Assembly (NCBI RefSeq): GCF_030028105.1
Contig: NC_092374.1
Location: forward strand, 9,042,998 to 9,106,997
DNA: 64,000 nt
Direction of reading: 5' to 3'
From: Mobula birostris
Lineage: Eukaryota
Shown: positions 33,765 to 46,362 of the stretch, piece after piece
Position numbering within the stretch: position 1 is the stretch's first letter
How the letters are laid out: every line of letters starts with the position of its first letter
Notes under the pieces: generated by a model
Databases searched by the model: none
What the model was told of the DNA's origin: nothing
What the model saw: only the letters and a program-made list of their open reading frames with translations
Translations under genes and position numbers: made by a program

Positions 33765-34385
33765 AACACACATCAAAGTTGCTGGTGAACGCAGCAGGCC
33801 AGGCAGCATCTCTAGGAAGAGGTACAGTCGACGTTTCGGGCCGAGACCCTTCGTCAGGACTAACTGAAGGAAGAGCTAGTAAGAGATTTGAAAGTGGGAG
33901 GGGGAGGGGGAGATCCAAAATGATAGGAGAAGACAGGAGGGGGAGGGATGGAGCCAAGAGCTGGGCAGGTGATTGGCAAAAGGAATATGAGAGGATCATG
34001 GGACAGGAGGCCCAGGGAGAAAGAAAAGGCGGATGGAGAACCCAGAGGATGGGTAAGGGTTATAGTCAGAGGGACAGAGGGAGAAAAAGGAGAGGGAGAG
34101 AAAGAATGTGTATATAAATAAATAACGGATGGAGTACTGGGGGAGGAGGGGCATTAGCGGAAGTTAGAGAAGTCAAAGTTCATGCCAGCAGGTTGGAGGC
34201 TACCCAGACGGAATATAAGGTGTTGTTTCTCCAACCTGAGTGTGGCTTCATCTTTACAGTAGAGGAGGCCATGGATAGACATGTCAGAATGGGTATGAGA
34301 CGTGGAATTAAAATGTGAGGCCACTGGGAGATCCTGCTTTCTCTGGCAGACAGAGCGTAGGTGTTCAGCGAAACGATCTTGTGTG
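33765..34385 (-). mobile_element. Penelope-like element 3' end (GIY-YIG + pLTR)
   Basis: DRFAEHLRSVCQRKQDLPVASHFNSTSH...IFRLGSLQPAGMNFDFSNFR followed by the pLTR. Confidence 0.88.
33826..33861 (-). ncRNA. Minimal type I hammerhead ribozyme (PLE pLTR); similar copies at 50836-50871 (-), 61684-61719 (-), 62322-62357 (+)
   Basis: AGTC-CTGACGA-A-GGG-TCTCGG-CCC-GAAA-CGT-C|GACT: intact core, stem I AGTC/GACT, stem II GGG/CCC, palindromic ACGT stem III and a GUC cleavage triplet. Confidence 0.8.
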
Positions 34386-34744
34386 AGTTGTTCTGGATTG
34401 CCAGCATCTGCAGGATCTCTTCTGTCTCCGACTATCTGCCCTATATATGCCGCTGAATTCAACTTCCTGCACTTAAGACAAAAGGGGGTAATTTCAAAGG
34501 AGATGTGAGGGCAGGTTTTTATGGAGGGTGGTGGGTGGTTACGATGTGCTCTCTGGGGTGGTGATAGAGGCAGATACATCAGGGATATTTAGATCAGCAC
34601 AGGAATGTGAGGAAAATGGAAGCTTATGGATACTATGAAGGGAGAGGAGATTAGTTGGCCATTTGATTACTAATTTAATTGGTTTAGCACAACATTTTCG
34701 GCCAAAGTGCCTGTCCCTGTGCTGTACTGTTCCGTGTTCTATCA

Positions 34745-35893
34745 GGTTGCCCCCCAGCCTTCAATACTCCAAATCATCACACTCTTCAGCAGAGCTACTA
34801 GGACTTGATGTTTCAATCCCTATGGTAAGTTGGCACTCTCGATGTCGGCAGTGGGTTTGGAGTGGTGACAAGGAAGGAGGGCAGGTACGTCATCGGAGTC
34901 ATCAGGTGGGCATCCTCCTTCTTTGATGTTTCGTTGCTAAGCCCAGAGGGCTCAACAGTGCTACCTGGCGTCCCAGATACACCCACTCAGTTCCATACCC
35001 TCCTGTCTTCATCTTGCAGCCCAGTTGTTGTCTTTCCTTTTAATACAAATCCAGTTGCTGCTTTTTTCTGCTGCATTTGACAAGGACTTGATTGCTCGTT
35101 GGAGGGAGTGACCCCTCACTCCCATCTTCTTCAATAGACTGGTCGTAGATGTAGCAACGAATCCCCTGCATCCCACTTCTACGGGGAAAATCTTGGTCTT
35201 CCAGCCATTCTGGGCAGCTTCAGTTGCCAGTTCAGAGTACTCGGTCTTTTTCCTCTCTTAAGCTTCTTCGACACCATCTTCTCATGGTACTGTCAATTCC
35301 ACAACATATGCCAGCTTGGCTGTTGTGGACCACAGGACCATGTCTGGCCGAAGTGTTGTAGCTGCAATGTCTGGGGGAAACACAAGCTTTCTTTCCAAGT
35401 CCACGTCCATTTTCCAATCCCGAGCAACCAGCAGAATGCTTACATCTTTTGATGTTGTATGGTGCTCTGGAGGTTGGTCTGCTGGTACAAATCGTGTGAT
35501 GTGGACATTTCCTGCCGATGTTTATGGGACAGCATTTGTGGCGTTTCGCCTCTGTTCCAAGATTGATGCCAGCTGTCTGAGTATTTGGTTATGCCGCCAA
35601 GCGTACGGCCCCGGGTGAGGCTCGTGGTGCATCCTGTTAAAATGTGTCTTAGTGATGCAGGTGCTTGACAAAGAGAGCAAGCGGGGTCTTCTCCCCACCA
35701 CTGGTTCAGGTTCTGGGGTGTGGGTAGGAGGTCATAAGTGGCTCTGATGACAAAACTTAGCCGAGATCCCTCCATCTCCCAGATGTCACGCCAGCTAAGT
35801 TTCCTCTTTTCCAGGCTCTCCCAATTAGTCCAGTGACCCTGCTTGGTCATTGAGACGGCCCTGGTGTGTCGCTCTGCCTCCTTCTGTCTTCTC
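34745..35893 (-). mobile_element. HERO-like non-LTR retrotransposon, C-terminal part (Zn knuckle + restriction-like endonuclease) and 3' UTR
   Basis: RATYDLLPTPQNL...CSLC...HILTGC, then frameshifted WRHNQIL, LRPDMVLWS, ELTVPWED, YERKK.EYSEL, VEVGCRGFV. Confidence 0.8.
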
Positions 35894-36965
35894 TTTTTAA
35901 ATCTTTTTATTAATTTTCAAAATTATAAACTCAGTAACAATGTTGGTACCAAGAGATTAGAATAATCTTAATCAGCATATACAAAAAGGATTTAAGTAAT
36001 ATAGATATAAAAGACTTCCAAACTCATAATGAAATTAATCATTAAAAAAAGAAATAAAAAGAAAAGATATATATAAACAAAAAAAATCCCCAAAAGAAAA
36101 AGAAAAAAAAAACCCTAAAAAAAGAACAAAACAGGGCTAGACCAGTATCTTGTATCAGACATGTTCAGTAATGTCGTCAACTCCGCTGCTCTAATCACAT
36201 AATCTAAGTTTGAAAAAAAGATTCCGAAAGGCCAGATTACATCATATGAAAATGTTGCATAAAAGGTTTCCAAGTTCCTTCAAATTTAACCGAAGGATCA
36301 AAAATATCACTTCTAATTTTTTCTAAATTTAAACATAATATAGTTTGAGAAAACCATTGGAATGTAGTTGGAGGATTGATTTCTTTCCAGTTCAACAAAA
36401 TAGATCTTCTCGCCATTAAAGTAACAAATGCTGTCATCTGACATGCTGAAGAAGACAAAGATCTATGTTCTACCATTGGCAATCCAAAAATTGCCGTAAT
36501 AGGATGGGGTTTTAAATCGAAGCATAGAACTGTTGAAATAATATCAAAAATATCTTTCCAATACTTTTCCAAAAGAGGACAAAACCAAAACATATGAGTT
36601 AAAGAAGCTACTTCAGAGAGATATCTATCACAAGTAGGGTCCTAAATAAGTAAAATAGTCAGTAGTCACTCTAGTCACTTTAACCAATTTCCTCCGGGAT
36701 CAATAAAGTATGACTATGACTATGAAAAAAAAGTGGAGAATTTCTATAAGTAGGAACCTGCATATTTAATAGAAAGAGTTCACTGTTACCTAGGTTCAAT
36801 TTATAACCAGAAAAACTACCAAACTGAGCAAGCAAAGTTAATACTGCCGGAATAGATTTCCCTGGGTTAGAAAAATATAATAGTAGATCATCCACATATA
36901 GTGATAATTTATGAGTCTCATTTCCACGGATAATGCCAAATATGTTAGGGGAGTCACGAATGATC
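35894..36965 (-). mobile_element. L1-clade fragment (same family as 43375-46362) inserted in the HERO element
   Basis: Reverse complement of the 3' part of the + copy, with an A-rich tail at left. 10-bp TSD ctgtcttctc at 35884-93 and 36966-75. Confidence 0.88.
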
Positions 36966-37444
36966 CTGTCTTCTCAACTCCTCCACAATGAGTCGTCTCT
37001 GCTGCACTGATGTTGCCTTGTGCCATTGAGGAGCCTTTGGGACAAGCCGGAGCCCGGCTCTCCCATGTTGGACTTGGCCAACCACATCCCTGAAGCGAAG
37101 AGCAGACTTAGCACTCTGAACAGCTTCAGATGGGGCCCACTTCCTTGCCGTTGCCTCACAGGGGGCTACTGTTCGAATAACAGTATCTTCAGATTCAGTG
37201 AGGGTCATGACCAACCTTGCTTTGGTGCATTTGAATTCTTCCACAAGACTTGCAATTGGTAATTCCAGTTTGCCGTTCCCGTACAGTCCAACAGGACTTA
37301 AGCATCGTGGAAGTCCAAGCCACTGTTTTACATGCGTCCTGATCATTCTTTTGAGCTTTTCAACCTTGCTGATGGGGATTTCATACACTGTTAAAGGCCA
37401 CATGAGTCTTGGGAGTACGCTGAACTGGAAGCACCACAGCTTGA
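36966..37444 (-). mobile_element. HERO-like element, upstream part (post-RT region), 5'-truncated
   Basis: KLWCFQFSVLPRLMWPLTVYEI...KQWLGLPRCLS...GRAGL...EELRRQ. It continues across the L1 insertion into ...MTKQGHWTNWE. Confidence 0.8.
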
Positions 37445-40115
37445 CAGCCCTGGGAAAAAGCTTCTGACTATCCACATGACCAATGCTTCTCATCATCTTA
37501 TACACCTCTATCAGGTCACCTCTCATCCTCTGCTGCTCCAAGGAGAAAAGGCCAAGTTCACTCAACCTATTCTCATAAGGTACACTCTCCAATCCAGGCA
37601 ACATCTTTGTAAATCTCCTCTGCACTCTCTCTATAGTATCCACATCCTTCCTGTAATGAAGTGACCAGAACTGAACACAGTACACCAAGTGGGGAATGAC
37701 CAGGGTCCTTTATAGCTGCAACATTACCTCTCAGCTCTTAAACTCAATCCCATGATTGATGAAGGCCAATACACCGTATGCCTTCTTAACCACAGAGTCA
37801 ACCTGCGCAGCAGCTTTGAGTGTCCTATGGACTTGGACCCCAAGATCCCCCTGATCCTACACACTGCCAAGTCTTACCATTAATACTATATTCTGCCATC
37901 ATATTTGACCTACCAAAATGAACCACCTCACACTTATCTGGGTTGAACTCCATCTGCCACTTTTCAGCCCAGATAAGTGTGAGATAACTCCTATCGATGT
38001 CCCACTGTAACCTTTGACAGCCCTCCACACTATCCACAACACTCCCAACCTTTGTGCCATCAGCAAATTTACTAACCCATCCCTCCACTTCCTCATCCAG
38101 GTCATTTATAAAACTCATGAAGAGAAGAAGTCCCAGAACAGATCCCTGAGGCACACCACTGGTCACCAACCTCCATGCAGAATATGACCCATCTACAGCC
38201 ACACTTTGTCTTCTGTGGGGAAGCCAATTCTGGATCCACATAGCAATGTCCCCTTGGATCCCATGCCTCCTTACTTTCTCAATAAGCCTTGCATTTAGTA
38301 CCTTATCAAATACCTTGCTGAAATCCATATACACTCCATCTACTGCTGTATCTTCATCAATGTGTTTAGTCACAACACAAAAAATTCAATCAGGCTCGTA
38401 AGGCATGACCTGCCTTTGACAAAGCCATGCTGACTATTCCTAATCATATTATGCCTCTCCAAATGTTCATAAATCCTGCCTCTCAGGATCTTTTCCATCA
38501 ACTTACCAACCACTGAGGTAAGACTCACTGGTTTATAATTTCCTGGGCTATCTCTACTCCCTTTCTGGAATAAGGGAACAACATCTGCAACCCTCCAATC
38601 CTCTGAATGCTCGCCATCCCCACTGATGATGCAGAGATCGCCAGAGGCTCAGCAATCTCTTCCCTCACCTCCCACAGTAGCCTGAGGTACATCTTGTCCG
38701 GTCCTGGAGACTTATCCAACTTGATGCTTTCCAGAAGTTCCAGCACATCCTCTTTCTTGATGTCTATATGCTCAAGCTTTTCAATCCGCTGTAGATCATC
38801 CCTACAATTGCCAAGATCCTTTTCCACTGTCACACTTGATTGGTCCTATTCTCTCATGTCTTATCCTCTTGCTCTTCACATACTTGTAGAATGCCTCGGG
38901 GTTTTCTTTAATCCTGCTCACTAAGGCCTTCTCATGGCCCCTTCTGGTTCTCCTAATTTCATTCTTCTTGCTAGCCTTAAAATCTTCTAGATTTCTATCA
39001 TTACCTAGTTTATTGAACTTTTTGTAAGCTTTTCTTTTCTTCTTGACTAGATTTTCAACAGTCTTTGTACATCACAGTTCCTGTACTCTGCCATCCTTTC
39101 CCTGTCCCATTGGAAAGTTTCCATGTAGAACGCCACGCAAATATCCCCTGAACATTTACCACATTTCTGCTGTACATTTCCCTGAGAACATCTGTTCCCA
39201 ATTTATGCTTCCAAGTTCCTGCCTGATAGCGTCATACTTCCCCTTACTTCAATTAAATGCTTTCCTAACTTGTCTGTTCCCGTCCCTCTCCAACGCTGTG
39301 GTAAAGGGCATAGAATTGTGATCATTATCTCCAAAATGCTCTCCCACTGAGAGACCTGACACCTGATTAGGTTCATTTCCCAATACCAGATCAAGTACAG
39401 CCTGTCCTCTTTCGGGCTTATCTACATATTGTGTCAAGAAACCTTCCTGAACACACCTAACAAACTCCACCCCATCTAAACCCCTCACTCTCGGGAGATG
39501 TCAATCAATATTTAGGAAATTAAAATCTCCCACCATGGCAAACCTGTTATTATTACACCTTTCCAGAATCTGTCTCCCTATCTTCTCTTCGGTGTCCCTC
39601 TTTCTATGGGGTGGTCTATAAAAAACACCCGGTAGAGTTATTGACCCCTTTCGGTTTCTAACTTCCACCCACAGAGACTCAGTGGACAAACCCTCCATGA
39701 CTTCTTCCTTTTCTGCAGCCGTGACACTATCTCTGATCAGCAGTGCCACGCCCACACCTCTTTTGCCTCCCTCCCTGTCCTTTCTGAAACATCTAAAACC
39801 CAGCATTTTAAGTAACCATTCCTGCCCCGAGCCATCTAAGTCTCTGTAATGGCCACAACATCACAGCTCCAAGTACTGATCCATGCTCTAAGCTCATCCG
39901 CTTTATTCATAATACTCCTTGCATTAAATAGACACATCTCAAACCATTGGTCTGAGCACATCCCTTCTCTATCACCTGCCTATTCTCCCTCTCGCACTGT
40001 CTACAAGCTTTCTCTATTTGTGAGCCAACCACCCCTTCCTTCAGTTCAGTTCCCAGCCCCCAGCAATTCTAGTTTAAACTCTCCCCAACAGCCTTAGCGA
40101 ACCTCCCCACCAGGA
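37445..40115 (-). mobile_element. CR1 LINE, long degenerate ORF2
   Basis: [62 protein letters not shown]. Confidence 0.92.
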
Positions 40116-40796
40116 TATTGGTCCCCCTGAGATTCAAGTACAACCCTGTCTCCTCCTGGTTTTCTGCTTCGTCTCACAATCCAAAGACATTAGTGTAGGT
40201 TAATTGGTGATTGTAAATTGTCCCGTGGTTAGGCTAGGGTTAAACCGGGGACTGAAGGGTCAGTAGGGCATGTTCCAAGCCGTATCTTAATAAATAAATA
40301 TTGTCAGATTGAGGTGATTTTTTTCCCCTCTCTCAGATGGTCTAGAGCTTCCCAACCTGCTCTATGGACCCCTTGCTAAATGGTATTGGTCCATGGCATA
40401 AAAAAGGTTGGGAACTGCTGGTCTAGGGTCTTTGGGAATCTCTTTCTCAAAGACCAGTGGAAACATAATTTTGAATATCTTTGAACGGGAAGTAGATGGA
40501 CTCTGGAGTAAAAGAAACCAGAAGATTATGTAAACTGAATTTAAGTTTTGCTGATTTTGAAGGATCCCACCCACCCTGCTCTGGGACTGTTTGTCCCGCT
40601 CCCATCAGGGAGGAGGTTACTTGGCATCCGCGCCAGGACCACCAGACTCTAAAACAGTTACTTTCCCCAAGCAGTAAGGCTGATCAACACCTCCACCCAC
40701 TAACCCACTCCTCCACACCCCCAACCACCACGACTTGATCATTTCCTGTCAGTCACCTTATGTACAAACACTCCTGTGTCTGGTGTCACTTTATGG

Positions 40797-41062
40797 CAGG
40801 GGTTCCCAACCTGGGGTCCACGGACCCATTGGTTAATGCTAGGGATCCATGGCATATAAAAGGTTAATGGTGGGGATCCATTGCATATAAAAGGTTAATG
40901 GTGGAGATCCATGGCATATAAAAGATTAATGCTGGGGATCCATGACATATAAAAAGTTAATGATGGGGATCCATGGCATATAAAAAGTTAATGATGGGGA
41001 TCCATGGCATATAAAAGGTTAATGGTGGCGATCCATGGCATATAAAAGGTTGGGAACCCTTG
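40797..41062. mobile_element. hAT-like MITE with internal 31-bp tandem array (about 7 units)
   Basis: TIRs caggggttcccaacc / ggttgggaacccttg; 8-bp TSD ctttatgg/gtttatgg; unit ggatccatggcatataaaaggttaatggtgg. Confidence 0.85.
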
Positions 41063-41506
41063 GTTTATGGACGTACGATCAATCTATGAATATAAGCTAT
41101 TTTATATTCTTCATCCTAAATAAGAGAAAATCTGCAGATGCTGGAAATCTGAGCAACACACACAAAACGCTGGAGGAACTCAGCAGGCCAGGCAACATCT
41201 ATGGAAAAAAGTACAGTCGACGTTTCGGGCTGAAACTCTTCAGCAGGACATAGACCCTTTGGCAGACCCTACTGTCCTGCCAATGGGTCTTGGACCAAAA
41301 TGTCGACTGTGCTCTTTTCTATAGATGCTGCCTGACCTGCTGAGTTCCTCCAGCATTTTGTGTGTGTTGCTCCTTCATCCTATGTGGTTTTTTATGCTGT
41401 TTCAGATCTGGAGTAACAATTATTTCATTCTTCTTTACATTTGTGAACTGGAAATGACATTAAACAATCTTGAATCTTAAGTAATAACTGTCTATGCCCT
41501 TTCTAG

Positions 41507-41578
41507 ATCCTCAGGAGTCTCTAAACCAGCAGCTCTACAGCAATGCTAACTTTCAAACAGATTCCCAGACGAAGATGG
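41507..41578 (+). CDS. Exon 7: cytoplasmic DPQESLNQQLYSNANFQTDSQTKM
   Basis: Acceptor ctatgccctttctag, GTAAGC donor, 72 nt, phase 1-1. Homologous to exon 9 (DP..S....LYS...F.....TK.). Confidence 0.82.
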
Positions 41579-41789
41579 GTAAGCAACGGTGAACATACGG
41601 TAGGCGGTAAATCATTGGCCAAATTCCTTCCAAGGATTCTTGCCTCCATGACTTTTCCGTCAGCTTGTTCTGTAGTGTATCCACAGTTGAGCTGAGGTTA
41701 TGGAATGGAGAGTGGGATAGTAGAGGGGGATGGAGGGTTCTTGGAGCACAGAGAGAGGGTGCTTGGGATAGGGTGAGGGCAGTGTCTGT

Positions 41790-42425
41790 CATAGATTTAG
41801 ATTAGATTTGATTATGAGGACACGCAGTCCTCTTTTATTGTCATTTAGTAATGCATGCATTAAGAAATGATACAATATTCCTCCGGTGTGATATCACAGA
41901 AAACACAGGACAGACCAAGACTGAAAAACTAACAAAAACCACATAATTATAACATATAGTTACAACAGTGCAACAATACCATAACTTGATGAAGAACAGG
42001 CCATGAGCACAGTAAAAAAGTTCAAAGTCTCTCGAAAGTCCCACATCTCATGCAGACGGGAGAAGGAAGAAAACTCTCCCTGCCATGCCTGACCACAGTC
42101 CAACTCGGAGTCGTCCGAAAACTTCGAGCTCTGATCAGCCCTCCGACACTGAGTACCGAGCACCATCTCTGCCCAATGCTTTGACCTCAGCCTCGGTCGC
42201 CAACAGCAGGCAAAGCCGGGGATTTTGGAGCCTTCCCTCCGGAGATTCTCGATCGCACAGTAGCAGCGGCAGCGAACCAGGCATTTCAGAAATTTCTCCA
42301 GATGTTCCTCTGCTCCTCACGTCTGTCTCCATCAAATCAGAATTGTGCTCGGCATCCTACTTACAAATACAATATCATTTCACCAGAGATCTGCGTGAGC
42401 TGCGTCGTGTCGCCATCTTCTCCTC
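41790..42425. mobile_element. Unclassified interspersed repeat (inverted partial copy at about 56990-57305)
   Basis: tgaggacacgcagtcctcttttattgtcatttagtaatgcatgcatt... is the reverse complement of 57240-57300. Confidence 0.65.
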
Positions 42426-43131
42426 CTGCCCAAGAGAAGCAGGGGATAGGGAGCAATCAGAGGGGAGGTGCTGTCCGGACTGCCGATGGGGGGGGGGAGC
42501 GGACATTGGTGTCAGGGTGCAATCAAAAGAGGTGGGGAGCCTGTCAGCAGGCAATAGGGGTTACTGTATCAGAAAGAGAGGGACTGTCATGGCAACTGCT
42601 GGGTGGAATCAGAGTTTTCGGGAAGGTTTGAAGCATCAGAAGTACAGGGTATTAGAGGGGGATGGTGGGGTTGACAGGACAGGATTTAAGAGGGCTTTCC
42701 ATACGACTGTGAGATATAGGATCAGAATTTGGACATCCAGCCCATTGAGTCTGTTCCACTATTCAATCATGGCTGATTTATTATCCCCCTCAACTCCATT
42801 CTCCTGCCTTCTTCCTGTAACCTTTGATTCCCTTACTAGTCAAGAACCTACCAACATCCAAAGTTGGTCAGCATACTTCAAGTGTGGTCTGACCAATGCC
42901 TTATAAAGCCTCAGAATTACATTCTTGCTTTTATATTCCAATCCTCTCAAAATGAATGCTAACATTGAATTTGCCTTCCAGAAATGCGTGGCATTGCGTG
43001 ACAGGGCACATTCCGTTACATGGCGGGAGACACGAGGCTTCAGAGCAAGGGAATAACAGGCTAGGAGCTGGGGTTGTGGGATCCGTGTAGTGAGAGGGTG
43101 AGAAAGTTCATCGACTCTGCATCCTTTCCAG

Positions 43132-43209
43132 ATCCCCAGGAGGATCCCCATCTGCCTGTTTACAGCATCGTGCAGATTCGAAAACATTCCGAAGCAGGGC
43201 AGCGGAAAG
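43132..43209 (+). CDS. Exon 8: cytoplasmic DPQEDPHLPVYSIVQIRKHSEAGQRK
   Basis: Acceptor ctctgcatcctttccag, GTAAGG donor, 78 nt, phase 1-1. PVYSIV repeats PIYSIV of exon 6. Confidence 0.85.
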
Positions 43210-43374
43210 GTAAGGCGTGTGAAACAGTGGGAGCAGTGAAACACCATTGTCAAAATCAGGTTTATTTTCATTGTCTGTCAAAAAAATGTGTTGTTTTGTG
43301 GCAGCAGTGCAGTGCAATGCATAAAAAAGTTACAATAAGAAACAACAGATTCTTAAGATTCGTAAATAGGATGG

Positions 43375-46362
43375 CACTTTGACGGTTGACCATGACGAGA
43401 TTAATAAATCCTTTCAAGAATTTTATACCTCCTTATATCAATCAGAATTTCCTGATGACTCCACTATAATGCATGAATTTTTTAAGGAATTGAATATTCC
43501 AAAATTATCATCTAATGAACGTTCAAAACTAGACATACCTATTACAGTAGAGGAAATAAAGAATGCTTCTTTTTGATGAACTCAGGTAAAGCACCTGGCC
43601 CAGACGGATATACAGTAGAATTTTTAAAAAATGTTTCTCTACTACACTGACTCCTTGGCTATGTAGAGTTTTTAGGGATGCAGTATCTATAGGTAAATTA
43701 CCACAATCATTTTATTGAGCTTCTATTTCCCTAATTCTCAAAGAAGATAAGAATCCTACTGAATGTGCATCTTATAGGCCTATATCTTTGCTGAAAGTGG
43801 ATCCTAAGATTTTTTCTAAAATATTGGCAATGAGATTGGAGAATATATTACCTCAAATTATTTCTGCTGATCAGACTGGATTTATTAAAAATGGTTACTC
43901 TTCTTTTAATATTAGGAGATTAATGAATATTGTTTATACGCCTTCACCCAGAATTCCAGAATGTGTTATTTCATTGGACACTGAGAAAGCTTTTGACAGA
44001 GTTGAATGGACATATTTATTTAACACCCTTGAGAAATTTAATTTTAGTTCGATATTTATATCTTGGATTAAACTGATATATCTCACCCCTTTGGCTTTGG
44101 TATTTGCTAATAATCAAAGATCCCCTCTTTTTGAACCAATTTCCCCCGGGATTAATAAAGTATGACTATGACTATGACTATGACTATGACTATTTTTCAT
44201 CTATTCCGTGGTATTAGGCAGAATTGTCCTATTAGTCCACTACTATTTGATATTGCTTTGGAACCGCTAGCTATTGCTATTCGTGACTGCCCTAATATAT
44301 TTGGCATCAGCCGTGGAAATGAGACTCATAAATTATCACTATATGCAGATGATGCGCTATTATATATTTCTAAGCCAGGAAAATCTATTCCGGCAGTATT
44401 CCTGCTCAGTTTAGTAGATTTTCTGGTTATAAACTGAATCTAGGTAAGAGTGAACTTTTTCCATTAAATATGCAGGTTCCCATTTATAGAAATTCTCCAC
44501 TTAGAGTGACTACTGACTATTTTACTTATTTAGGAGTTAAAATTACTAAGAGACATATCTATTCAATTTCAACCTTTTACCGTTAATTAACCAGGTTAAA
44601 CAACTGATCACTAAGTGGTCCCCATTGTCTCTATCATTGATTGGCTGAATCAATGCTATTAAAATGATTATTTTACCTAAATTTTTATATTTATTTCAAG
44701 CGATATCAATTTTCATTCCTAAATCCTTTTTTGATACTATTGATTCTAAAATTTCCTCTTATATATGGCAAAAAATCCCAGATTAAGTAAAAAATATTTA
44801 CAGAAATCCAAGGAAGATGGAGGTTTGGCATTGCCTAACCTAAGATTTTATTATTGGGCAATTAATAGTCGATATTTAATATTTTGGACACAAGATTGGA
44901 ATATAACTCTAAGCCCACATTGAGTAAACCCTGAAGGGTTTTCGTTAGCTTCCATTTTAGAAACTTCACTTCCTTTTTACTATCTAAATTGAATAAACAA
45001 ATGCTTAACCCTATAGTTAAACATACATTGCGAATATGGTTTCAATTTCGTAAATTTTCTGGCCTGAATGAATTTACATTATCAAGTCCTATTATAGCTA
45101 ATTTCTTTTTTCAACCCTCGGTTATGGACCAAGCCTTTTTGATATGGAAAACGAAAGGTATAACATGTTTTCATGATTTATTTCTGGATAACTGTTTTAT
45201 GTCTTTTGAGCAGTTATCTAAGAAATTTGAATTGCCTAGATCCCATTTTTTTAGATACTTACAAATAAGAAATGTTTTAAATATTACATTGCCTACCTTT
45301 CCGACTTCAAATCCGACTGATATCATTGATAAAATTTTAGGTTTAAATCCTTTTCACAAGGGATTAATAGCAGTTATCTATGATATAATTATGAAATTAC
45401 AGCCAGGTATATCTGATAAAATTAAAAATGAATGGGAGAGGGAACTTCAACTTTGTCTACCTATAGAGAAATGGGATAAAATTTTTCAATTAGTTAGTAC
45501 TTCTTCTATATGTGCTAAACATACATTAATACAATTTAAAGTGGTGCATAGAGCCCATATGTCCAAAGATAAATTAGCCCATTTTTATTCCCATATAAAT
45601 CCTATTTGTGATAGATGTCACTCCTTTAACTCATATGTTTTGGTCCTGTCCTCTTTTGGAAAAATATTGGGAAGATATTTTTGATATTATCTCAATAGTT
45701 CTATGTTTTGATTTACAACCCCATTTTTGGATTGCCAATGGTAGAACATAGATCTCTGTCTTCTTCAGCCTGTCGGATGATAGCATTTGTTACTTTAATG
45801 GCCAGAAGAGCTATTTTATTGAACTGGAAGGAAACCAATCCTCCTACTACATCCCAATGGTTTTCTCAAACTATACTGTATTAAGTTTAAACTTAGAAAA
45901 AAATTAGAAGTGATATTTTTGATCCTTCGGTTAAATTTGAAGAAACTTGGAAACCTTTTATGTAACATTTTCATATGAGGTAATTTGACCTTTCTGAATC
46001 TTCTTTATTAACTTAAAATATACGAATAGAGGAGCGGAGTTGACGACATTACTGAACGTGTTCGATTCAAGATATTGGTCTAGCCCTGTGTTGTTCTGTT
46101 TGCTTTTTTTTTGGGTTTAGTATTCAGTTTTTTTTTCTTTTGGGGGTTTTTCTTTGTTTATATATATATTTTTCTTTTTATTTCTTTTTTCTCTTTATGA
46201 CTAATTTCATTATGAGCTTGGAAGTCTATTATGCCTATGTTACTTAAAATCTTTTTTGTATATGTTTATTAAGACTATTCCAATCTCTTTGTATCAACAT
46301 TGTTACTGTGTTTATAATTTTGAAAATTAATAAAAAGATTTAAAAAGAAATATAAAAAATAA
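43375..46362 (+). mobile_element. L1-clade LINE, 5'-truncated degenerate ORF2 + 3' UTR + A-rich tail
   Basis: KAPGPDGY, YRPISLL, QTGFIK, SLDTEKAFDRVEW, RQNCPISPLLF, SLYADD, FFRYLQIR, QFKVVHR, CDRC; aataaaaagatttaaaaag tail. Confidence 0.92.

Noticed and set aside
34746-34824. Apparent exon with a GTAAGT donor
   Set aside because: 79 nt, with a stop in the phase-1 frame. The acceptor is a CR1 tail and the body is probably HERO 3' UTR.
40337-40400. Strong acceptor followed by DGLELPNLLYGPL (YxxL)
   Set aside because: The Tyr-containing part is a MITE, it stops at TAA, and there is no matching donor.
40844-41050. Regular repeat array (CRISPR-like at first sight)
   Set aside because: It is a head-to-tail 31-bp tandem with no unique spacers, inside a MITE, in eukaryotic DNA.
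42085-42906. 273-aa ORF
   Set aside because: It crosses an interspersed repeat, G-rich filler and an antisense CR1 tail, with no domain.
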